The translations under genes and the position numbers were made by a program. Of a DNA stretch of 37,379 nt, positions 17,663-26,487 are shown piece after piece. The stretch comes from a virus (taxonomy: Duplodnaviria > Caudoviricetes), in the IMG/VR virus record IMGVR_UViG_3300025301_000042, positions 1 to 37,379 of that record. One strand, written 5' to 3'. Positions within the stretch are counted from its first letter, which is position 1, and each line of letters begins with the position of its first letter. Below the pieces are notes generated by a model that saw only the letters and a list, made by a program, of their open reading frames with translations, searched no databases and was not told the DNA's origin.

Positions 17663-18349
17663 ATGAAAATTTATACAGAGGTTATTTATACATGGGATGA
17701 TGCTAAAGGAGAATTAGTTGAGAAATCTTCAAAATCATTTGATTATCATGGGCCTCTAACTTTATGTGCCGCTCCTGTAATTGCTTACGGAGCATATATA
17801 GCAGCCGCTTCATTAGCTATACAAGTCTATAGTATTTGGAAAGGTAATAAAGCTGCACAAGAAGCCGCAGATGCTAAGAGAGAACAGCAAGCTAGAATAA
17901 AGGCATTAGCTATACAGAGATATAAACTTCAAGAATCGGGAGCGGCAAAAAATTTAACTCTAATAGCTCGTCAAGAAAGTAGAACAAGAGATATAGCTAA
18001 AGATGTTATGTTTGAGGAAAAAATAAAAGAAATAAGATCACGAGGAAAACTTAATACTGCTCCACTTATGGAAGGAAATAGTTCTAAATTCTTTGCTTCT
18101 AGACATACAGGAGATTTTCTAAGAAGACAAACAGGAGTTAAAAAGGAATTTGATATTAAATTAGAAGGTATAGAGAATAAGAAATTTAAAGTAATGGATC
18201 AATTAAAGTATGATAGATTAAATATGCAATACACAATAGCAGGTCTACCTACTGTACATGGGCCTGACTCAAGTGCCGCTATGTTAGAATATGGAGCGGC
18301 AGGTTTAGATGCTGTCGGTACTTATTATAAATATAGAGATTGGACATAG
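17663..18349 (+). CDS. Internal virion / ejection protein (gp14-like) with MKIYTEV...C leader
   Basis: Position after the nozzle; Cys followed by a hydrophobic Ala-rich stretch, a coiled coil, and a C-terminal P.S.AA...GAAGL segment. Confidence 0.7.
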   Translation: MKIYTEVIYTWDDAKGELVEKSSKSFDYHGPLTLCAAPVIAYGAYIAAASLAIQVYSIWKGNKAAQEAADAKREQQARIKALAIQRYKLQESGAAKNLTLIARQESRTRDIAKDVMFEEKIKEIRSRGKLNTAPLMEGNSSKFFASRHTGDFLRRQTGVKKEFDIKLEGIENKKFKVMDQLKYDRLNMQYTIAGLPTVHGPDSSAAMLEYGAAGLDAVGTYYKYRDWT

Positions 18350-18357
18350 GAGTCATA

Positions 18358-21300
18358 ATGGCAGAAACTAATATTCCAATGGCAGAAGGGTATGCTAGTC
18401 AACAACCATTAGAAATACATCCTAGTGAAGGCCAGTTATTAAATGTGAATGTTCCAAATTCTAATGCTGGTAGTGCTAAATTGAGTCAAGCTAAAGCTCT
18501 TAGAGAATTTGGAAAATCATTTGGACGAGCCTTTGGAGAAATTAAAGAGGATAGAGATCGAATAGCTAGAGCAGAAGCAATAGTAGAAAAAGAACAAATT
18601 ACTCAAGCTAAAATTGAAGGGAGAGCGGCCTCAAAAGGAGGAAATGCAGAGTTTAATCTAAATGAAATGATTGAGAAGTTTGCAGATGCAAGAAAATGGA
18701 GAAAAAACTTAGAGGTTAAATTATTTGTAGCTTATCAAGAAGGATTCCATTTAAGACAAGGAGAAAAAACTTTAGCAGATAGAAATTCATCTATTAAAAT
18801 AAATGCAAGAAAATTAGTAGATGTAATTTATCGAAAATTTATTAAAGATAGAGCCTTTTATCTAAAAGAAGGACTGAGTAACCATCCTGATGATCAGGTA
18901 ACAAAGGATGAGATGCGTTCAGGAACTCTTCAGTCACAAATAAATGCTCTAGATAATTTTGCTGAATATGCTTCTCAATATATTGAAGCAGATAGAGCAC
19001 AAAAAATTAAGGATTTAGTTGCTTATAATCCTTACATGTTAAAAGTGTTTGGACATAAAGGAAGTAATCTAAATTATGAACCATTAGAAAAATTAATTGC
19101 AGATAAAGTTCATGAAGAACAAACTATAAAAATTAATAAAACTATTCAATCAGAACTAGCTATTAAAAATTATACAGATATTAATGAGTATAGATCATAT
19201 CAAAGGTCAACTTTACAAAAATTTCCCACTTTAACAAGAGATCATATAGACTCTCTTTTTCTCTATTCTATTAAACAAAGAGCAATAGAAGCTGGAAATA
19301 TAGAAAATCCAAATAAAAGAAGAGCGGCTCAAAGAAAAGCCTATGAGAATGGAATAAACTTACTTACAACTAGATCTAAGGAAGATGAACCTAATGAAAA
19401 GAGACAGAATGCAGATGGTATTACAACCTTAGAAGGTTCTGGAAACTTTTCTATTTTAGAAATAGGAAATAAACCATTAAGAGATGCAGCTTTAGCATGG
19501 GCAACTACAGCTTTTAATGAAATAGATAAATTAGATGCGATAGATGATGAAAAATCAAAAGATGCTAGAAAAACTACTATAAATTTTCAGAAAGCTAAAG
19601 CTTCAGGAAGATATTTTAATTTATTTGATCAAATAGGAAAATGTACAAGTGATACATGTTTAAATAGTATTGCGACAGAGATAAAAAAGGAAGGGCAAAC
19701 TGATATATTTATGTATGGAACTTCAGGAGGAGAATTTATTTCTGATTTAGGAAAAGAATTAACTAGAATGAGAGGAGTAATAATAGCAAGAGGATTAAAG
19801 CCACCTGAATTAACTCCTGATCAAAGAGATCAAGTTAATGAAACTAAACTTGAATTAACTGAAACTGGTATTGATATAGGTTTATATAATGAAGATCAAT
19901 TACAAGAATTAGGAAGATTAGTAGATATTACATTTAATAATTTTAAAAAAAAAGATTGGCATGTGACTGCAGGGCCAAATTATAAAGAATGGGAAGGTTT
20001 AAGTAAGGCATATTTTGATGTTAGGAAAAAAATAGATGATAGAAAATTAAAATTAAAAGATGAAAGAAAAGAGAAAGATGCAAAACTTAAAAAAGAGAAG
20101 ACTACTAAGACAACACAAATAGAAGAGACTAGAAAAGTAGATGAATCTGAGAAAGTAAGAGTGGAATTAAGAAACACTACTCATAAAACCATCTCTAAAT
20201 ATTTAAAGGAAAAAAATTATACGGGAATTACAGAGTTAATTTATAATACCAAACATAATGCTTATAAAAGTTATAATAAAGATGGACATTTTGGTGGAAG
20301 ATTAGAAGGTGAGAAACCTATTTTTACTAATGCTGAAATACAAACGTATGAACGTCTTATGAAAGAGGATAAAGAACATAATACTACTGTACCACTTCCA
20401 GCAGACAATGAAATAGTATTAGCCGATCTTTCTCGGCAAGTATTGGAACTTATAAATGTAGTAGATGAGACTGAATTAGTAACTAAAGATGGAACTCCTA
20501 CAGGTAAAATTCAAGAGTTAAGAATTGCTATTAGTAATGCTTATACTGGTATCCCGAAAGGAAGACCAGGGAAAAAATTCAATCAAAGAGAAATAACAAA
20601 AGCAAGTTTTATTCATCTAAATAATCAATTGAATGGTGCAGAAAATGATGTAAAAAATGTACTTGATAGATCACATGGTAAAGAAGCAGTCTTTAAAAAT
20701 GCGGAAAGAAATGTAGCACTCTCATTACAAGCTACAGTAAATGATAGATTTGAAATTAGTGGATTCCCTAATCCTTCTTCTGCAAAATTATTTGTAAAGA
20801 TAAAAAATGATTTACAATTGTTTCTATCTGAAGCTACCGAGAAACATCCTGAAGTTTTTGAACGAGTTAATTTTGCTAATAAAGATTTAAGAATGTTGAT
20901 ATTTAATGCTCATTGGAATTCTCAACTTGTAAAAAATAATAAAGAAATAGTTGAAGGAGCAGTTAATAGTATTACTGATGCACAAAAACAACAAGGATGG
21001 GAAGAAATTATAAGATCACTTGTACCTATTGGCACAGGAAAATTTCAAAAAGAATATGAAGGGATTGGTGGAAAAGATGACACAGTACTTTCTGAAAGTC
21101 CACCAGTTATAACTGAAGATGGAGAAAATCCACAATCAAGAATTGTGAATACGAGTAAAAGAATAGAAAATAGACTAACACAATTTGCTGATAAGACTTC
21201 TACAATAAAAAAACAAGAAACAGTAAAAAATTTAGGTAGAGATATAGGAGGAAAAACTTTAAAAGTGTCTCCGATGCTAAGTGAACCAGGAGAGACACAA

Positions 21301-21432
21301 ATAATAGATTCAGGAGATTCCTTAATTTTACATGTTTATAGTGACTTAACAGATGAACATGGTAATTATATATATGATGAAGAAGACCCTCAAGAAATGA
21401 TAAATCCAGCAGATCAAACTATTAAACAATAA
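18358..21432 (+). CDS. Internal virion protein (gp15-like)
   Basis: About 1020 aa, helical and charged, in the gp15 slot; AGGAG RBS before ATG 18358. Confidence 0.65.
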   Translation: MAETNIPMAEGYASQQPLEIHPSEGQLLNVNVPNSNAGSAKLSQAKALREFGKSFGRAFGEIKEDRDRIARAEAIVEKEQITQAKIEGRAASKGGNAEFNLNEMIEKFADARKWRKNLEVKLFVAYQEGFHLRQGEKTLADRNSSIKINARKLVDVIYRKFIKDRAFYLKEGLSNHPDDQVTKDEMRSGTLQSQINALDNFAEYASQYIEADRAQKIKDLVAYNPYMLKVFGHKGSNLNYEPLEKLIADKVHEEQTIKINKTIQSELAIKNYTDINEYRSYQRSTLQKFPTLTRDHIDSLFLYSIKQRAIEAGNIENPNKRRAAQRKAYENGINLLTTRSKEDEPNEKRQNADGITTLEGSGNFSILEIGNKPLRDAALAWATTAFNEIDKLDAIDDEKSKDARKTTINFQKAKASGRYFNLFDQIGKCTSDTCLNSIATEIKKEGQTDIFMYGTSGGEFISDLGKELTRMRGVIIARGLKPPELTPDQRDQVNETKLELTETGIDIGLYNEDQLQELGRLVDITFNNFKKKDWHVTAGPNYKEWEGLSKAYFDVRKKIDDRKLKLKDERKEKDAKLKKEKTTKTTQIEETRKVDESEKVRVELRNTTHKTISKYLKEKNYTGITELIYNTKHNAYKSYNKDGHFGGRLEGEKPIFTNAEIQTYERLMKEDKEHNTTVPLPADNEIVLADLSRQVLELINVVDETELVTKDGTPTGKIQELRIAISNAYTGIPKGRPGKKFNQREITKASFIHLNNQLNGAENDVKNVLDRSHGKEAVFKNAERNVALSLQATVNDRFEISGFPNPSSAKLFVKIKNDLQLFLSEATEKHPEVFERVNFANKDLRMLIFNAHWNSQLVKNNKEIVEGAVNSITDAQKQQGWEEIIRSLVPIGTGKFQKEYEGIGGKDDTVLSESPPVITEDGENPQSRIVNTSKRIENRLTQFADKTSTIKKQETVKNLGRDIGGKTLKVSPMLSEPGETQIIDSGDSLILHVYSDLTDEHGNYIYDEEDPQEMINPADQTIKQ

Positions 21433-21441
21433 TAAATAATT

Positions 21442-24400
21442 ATGGCAGAACAAGGTTTAAACATACCAGAAGAAATAGCAAATGTTGCTGCTCCTATAGT
21501 TACAAATATAGCAGATAAATTAGTTCCTGATGAAAAACTTCCTGATACTACACCTGAAGAAGAACTTATTGAGCCTATACCTGAAGAAAATCTTATTGCT
21601 CAAAATGATGTTGTACCTGAACCTGAAGAGAATATAAATATTAAAGATGAAGAGGAACAAAAATTATCATTTGTACCTAAATTAAAGTCGGCATCTTTTA
21701 AAGAGGAAGATCCAGTAGTAGTAGCAGAGAAAGCAGGAGTATGGTTAAATCAATATGCTAATAAATCAGGGATGTTTCATCCTACAATAGGCCCATTAAA
21801 AGGAAAAACTGCTAAAGAAATAGTAGGTGTACTAGAAAGAATAGAAAGAGGTATAGGAGAATCTTCATCATCTATATATCTTAAAGATGAGTTTAGAAAA
21901 ATTGCAGATATGGAACTGGATAAAGATTTTAGTGTATTTGATTGGATCTTTGAAAGTGGGAATACATTATATGATCTTAATACTGAAATGTATGATGGAT
22001 CTATGACTGCTCTAGGTGATATATATTCCAATACTTTAGGTACAAATACAAAATGGCCTACTCATATATCAACTAAATCCTTTGGTGGAACAGCATCACA
22101 AATAACAAAGTATGCTACTCAAGGAGCAATGAGTTATCAGGTTGGTGCAGTTATAGCTCCTGCCCACTTTATATCAAAAGGAGTACCTTTCTTAAAAGGT
22201 ATTGTAAATACTCGTCTTGCTAAAGCTTCACTCACAATGGGAGTTGGAGAAGCTGTTACTCTTCCTCCTGAATATAGATTTGCCACTATATTAAAAGAAG
22301 ATTATGGAATAGATGATGATATAATTAATTGGTTAGCTGCTGCACCAGATGAAGGTTGGTTCATGAGGCATTGGAAAAGCTTCTTGGAAGGAAATTTAGT
22401 AGGTATAACAGGAGAAGTAGCTATGGTAACTTTAATGGCTATGGGGAAAGGTGTATGGCATTCAGGAGCCTTTGCTATTAACTCTGTTAAGGATACTAAA
22501 TTAGTTAAAAAGGCAATTAAAAAAATAGAAGCAGGTAAACAAGAGATAATTGATAGATTTCCTGAGAATATTGTTTCACCTGAAGAAGTTGAAAGTCAAG
22601 TAAGTGTGTGGAAAAAGGAATTACAAGCACAAGTAGAGCAAGAGACTCCTAAAGTAAAGAAAAAGAAAACTAAAAAAGGAGAGGTAGCTGAACCAGAAGT
22701 TGAGGATTATGGAGCAGAAGAAGTATTTACTCAAACTTCAACTAGAAAAGAAAGAGAAGTATTATTTGATGAACTAGCAATTCTTCAACGTGGTGATCCT
22801 GAAATACAAATGTTAAAAGTTCAGTCATTAACTGGAGGTGGTGTTTTGAGTATGGCTGTCGAACATGGTGGAGATTTAATTAATAGAATATCTAAAGTAT
22901 TTCATAAAGGAGGTTATGAATATGCTAAAGATAAAATATTTAAAGTACACAATGTAGTTACTCAGGGTTACGGATTTGAAAAAGAAGCTTTAGAAAATTT
23001 AACATGGTGGGCAAAGGAACATAATATCCCTTTTGATAAAGCTCTTAAAAAATTAAAGAAAGAATTAAAGCAATTTGCAAAGGAGCATAAAAAACTTCCT
23101 GCATATAATGAATCTCATAGAGTAATCCGAGATTTTAATGTTGCAATAGGTGAATGGAGATTTAATGATGCTAAAAAGATAATTACACGTTTAAAAAATA
23201 AAGTTGATGAAGGTTCAGAATCATGGAATAAATGGACATTAGAAGGACTAGAACCAAAAATAATACCAGAAGAAAAAATAACTATAGAAATTACTCCTGA
23301 AGAATTTGCAGTATTTATATTAGGGAAACCTGATATGAAGAAAAGACTTGGTAAAGTGAATCTAGGTAAACTTGATACAGCAGATGACATAATACGCACC
23401 ATTGAAAGATTAGGTCAAGAGTATCCTAAACACATACGAGTAACTACGGAGCAAGCTCAACAAGCTGCCACACTTATTAGAGAGGAATTAAGTATAAATG
23501 GAGTAGATCCTACTATTCTATTAAGTACATTATCACAAAAAACTGATGATCTACCTTATATTTTACTAGCTGCTCGTACTGTATTGATAGATGTGGCAGA
23601 GGAAACTGCTGCATTAGCTAGAACATTAGCTCCAAAAGTTAAAGTTGGTAGAAAAATTACAAAAAAATTAAGTGCTGCTACTTCAAGTCCTACAGGTGAA
23701 GTTGTTCCTGTTAAAACTTTTGAGCAAGAGTTAATAGATGCAGGTATTTCAACTGCAGATAGACTATTGTGGGCTACTCAATTAGAAAAAATGCATAGAG
23801 TACTAGGAACTTTAAATGGAGCATCTACAAATGTTGCAAGGACATTAAGGTTCCATCAAATAAGAGCACAAGCATCAGGATTAGCACCTTCACCATTACA
23901 AATAGAAGAGGCAGTTCAAGAAGTAATTGAAAAAACATTAAAGGATGCTGAATCTATGGCTCCTAAAGGTACTTCAGTTGAAGATGTTATGGATAATCTT
24001 ATTCTTTCTATTTCAGATAAAACTGAGACCTCTCAAATAACTAAGCAATTTGCAAAATCTAAATTTACAAGAATATTTGATATTTTTAATTTCCATTATA
24101 TAAATGGATTGCTTTCAAATTTATCTACACAGGCAGTAAACTTAACTGGTACTGGTACGATGACTCTTTTAAGGACATCTGAAAAGTATCTTGCCGCAGG
24201 ATTCAATAAATTACCTGGTGTAGGAGCAAATGTACAAGCAGGAGAAATAGGAGTAACTTTTACTGAAGCTCAACTTCATACATTTGGTGTTACTCAAGCA
24301 TTATTAGAAGGTGCTATGTTTGCCGAATCAAAATCCTTACTATCAAGATCGGCCTTTGGTCAAGCTGCTAAAACTTTTGAAACTTTGGAACTAGGATACA

Positions 24401-26469
24401 AACATGAACTTGCTGCCCAAGGACAACAAATAATAACTGGAGGAAAGACCTTAAATATAGGGAAATTAAAACTTGCTGTTCCTGAACCTATGAGTCCAGA
24501 AGCAATTAGTGAAATTATTGGTCAGGATGTCGGTAAATTAGGTGAAAAATTTGGAGTGCCTGTAGTAGAAGAATTATTAAAAGTATATTCTATTGGAGTA
24601 GGACTTCCAGGTAGAGCTTTGATGGCAGGAGACTCCTTTTTCAGAACTCTGAATTATAGAGCAGCTATTCATAGTCTTTCTTGGCGAAAAGCTATTGAAA
24701 TGTCTGGAGAAGGAGCTACACATTCTCAAATTAAAGCTACTTATAGAGAACTAATTAAAAATTTACCTGAAGAAATTGATTCGGCAGCACAGTTATACGC
24801 TCAAGTTTCCTTATTTCATCAATATTTAGAACCTAAAGGTATAGAAGGTCTCTTTAGTGCTATAGAGAAAGCTAGGAGAGTTACTATAGATCCTGGGACA
24901 AAAGAATATTTACTTAAAACTTTAGGTAAAAATCTAGGAACATCTTTTCTTCTTCAAAATATACCATTTATTCGTACTCTCTACAATATTCAAAAACAAA
25001 TGTTGTGGGAAAGAGGGCCAGTAAGAGCACTTAGAGAATTAAGTTTTGTTAGAAGTGACCTATGGAAAACTGATCCTGTGTATAGGGCAGAAACTTTAGC
25101 TCAGATAAGCACAGGTTCAATGATGATGTATCTAGGATACACAGCATATCAAGGTGTAGAAGGTCTATTTAGTGATGATGAATATAAGCTTGAATTACCT
25201 AGTTCAGATCCTATAGAGAGAGATCTAGCTCAAGAAGAATATTTACAACCTCCTCTTGTTAGTAAAAGAAATTTAACAACTGGAGATTTATCTTATATTC
25301 CAGTAGGAAGGGCTGATCCACTTATTACTTCCGCAGTAGCAGGAGCTTTAATAGGTTTATATTTTGATTTAGAAGCAGAAATTGAAAATGCGGATACTAC
25401 CTATGAAAGAAGTAGATTAGAATCAGCTAGGAATGCTGAAATGGCCTATCAAATAGGTTCATTCTTCACCGATAAGATGGCATTAAAAGGTGTAAAAGAA
25501 ATTTTAACTCATACAGGTGTATTCGGAAATCCTTATGCTGATCCTCAAAAATTAATTAATAATTATCTCACTACTTGGTTCAATATTACACCTTTCTCTA
25601 ATGTTAGAAAGGCAATTACACGAGCTAATAACAATATATCTCAATTTCGTAGATCATATTTAAAAGAGAAAGTAGTAGAAAAAGAAGGATCAGATATTGA
25701 TTATAGAGATTTAGAAGAACAATTACCTATAAATCTACAAGGAATTAGAGGTGCTGATACTGATTTAAAAGTCGAACAGATAAGTGTAATAGAACGATTA
25801 GGTAATCAATGGATAGATGAAAAACGAAAGACTATGTTCATTGATACTGATGTTGAATTAGATTCCACAGGAAGAATAAAAACTGCAGGAAGAGATTTAA
25901 TAAAAAGAGGTGCTTCATGGTTGGTAGATTTGGAAGGTGGTTTGAAAGGATTTACTCCATTAGAAGTGACAAAATTAAAAAGATGGTTAGAACATATTCT
26001 ACTTCCTGTCTCTGTTCGTAAAGCTAAAGAAACTAATACTTCAGTTTTAATAAAAGGATTTGGTATTAAATGGGAACATCCTAAAAGATGGACTAAATTA
26101 ATGATAGAAGGTACAGGTAATCATGTACCATTGACTCCTGAACAACAACTAATATATGCACTATCAGCAGGACATAGAAACTATGATACTTTTAATACTC
26201 CTGAATTCGATAGACTTGTATGGTCATTTAAAACAGGTAAAGGGAAAGGTGGTATAAGAAAGACTACCGACATGTTTAAAATGAAAGCAAAAATTAAAGG
26301 TCTCTTAAAGAGGAATAAGGAAAAGGCAGCTTTCGATCTTCTCACCCATCCAGAATATCAAGAATTAGAAGCTTTAGTAAAAGAACAACGTATTCTTAAT
26401 CATCCAAGTGTACAAGAATTTAAAAATCTTGAACGATCTGACAATTTTCTAGAAACTTTATTTCAATAA
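21442..26469 (+). CDS. Large internal virion protein (gp16-like)
   Basis: 1675 aa in the gp16 slot; INGLLS..STQAVN and PGRALMAGDSFFR motifs typical of large ejection proteins. Confidence 0.7.
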   Translation: MAEQGLNIPEEIANVAAPIVTNIADKLVPDEKLPDTTPEEELIEPIPEENLIAQNDVVPEPEENINIKDEEEQKLSFVPKLKSASFKEEDPVVVAEKAGVWLNQYANKSGMFHPTIGPLKGKTAKEIVGVLERIERGIGESSSSIYLKDEFRKIADMELDKDFSVFDWIFESGNTLYDLNTEMYDGSMTALGDIYSNTLGTNTKWPTHISTKSFGGTASQITKYATQGAMSYQVGAVIAPAHFISKGVPFLKGIVNTRLAKASLTMGVGEAVTLPPEYRFATILKEDYGIDDDIINWLAAAPDEGWFMRHWKSFLEGNLVGITGEVAMVTLMAMGKGVWHSGAFAINSVKDTKLVKKAIKKIEAGKQEIIDRFPENIVSPEEVESQVSVWKKELQAQVEQETPKVKKKKTKKGEVAEPEVEDYGAEEVFTQTSTRKEREVLFDELAILQRGDPEIQMLKVQSLTGGGVLSMAVEHGGDLINRISKVFHKGGYEYAKDKIFKVHNVVTQGYGFEKEALENLTWWAKEHNIPFDKALKKLKKELKQFAKEHKKLPAYNESHRVIRDFNVAIGEWRFNDAKKIITRLKNKVDEGSESWNKWTLEGLEPKIIPEEKITIEITPEEFAVFILGKPDMKKRLGKVNLGKLDTADDIIRTIERLGQEYPKHIRVTTEQAQQAATLIREELSINGVDPTILLSTLSQKTDDLPYILLAARTVLIDVAEETAALARTLAPKVKVGRKITKKLSAATSSPTGEVVPVKTFEQELIDAGISTADRLLWATQLEKMHRVLGTLNGASTNVARTLRFHQIRAQASGLAPSPLQIEEAVQEVIEKTLKDAESMAPKGTSVEDVMDNLILSISDKTETSQITKQFAKSKFTRIFDIFNFHYINGLLSNLSTQAVNLTGTGTMTLLRTSEKYLAAGFNKLPGVGANVQAGEIGVTFTEAQLHTFGVTQALLEGAMFAESKSLLSRSAFGQAAKTFETLELGYKHELAAQGQQIITGGKTLNIGKLKLAVPEPMSPEAISEIIGQDVGKLGEKFGVPVVEELLKVYSIGVGLPGRALMAGDSFFRTLNYRAAIHSLSWRKAIEMSGEGATHSQIKATYRELIKNLPEEIDSAAQLYAQVSLFHQYLEPKGIEGLFSAIEKARRVTIDPGTKEYLLKTLGKNLGTSFLLQNIPFIRTLYNIQKQMLWERGPVRALRELSFVRSDLWKTDPVYRAETLAQISTGSMMMYLGYTAYQGVEGLFSDDEYKLELPSSDPIERDLAQEEYLQPPLVSKRNLTTGDLSYIPVGRADPLITSAVAGALIGLYFDLEAEIENADTTYERSRLESARNAEMAYQIGSFFTDKMALKGVKEILTHTGVFGNPYADPQKLINNYLTTWFNITPFSNVRKAITRANNNISQFRRSYLKEKVVEKEGSDIDYRDLEEQLPINLQGIRGADTDLKVEQISVIERLGNQWIDEKRKTMFIDTDVELDSTGRIKTAGRDLIKRGASWLVDLEGGLKGFTPLEVTKLKRWLEHILLPVSVRKAKETNTSVLIKGFGIKWEHPKRWTKLMIEGTGNHVPLTPEQQLIYALSAGHRNYDTFNTPEFDRLVWSFKTGKGKGGIRKTTDMFKMKAKIKGLLKRNKEKAAFDLLTHPEYQELEALVKEQRILNHPSVQEFKNLERSDNFLETLFQ

Positions 26470-26487
26470 TATTACTAATAAAAAATT

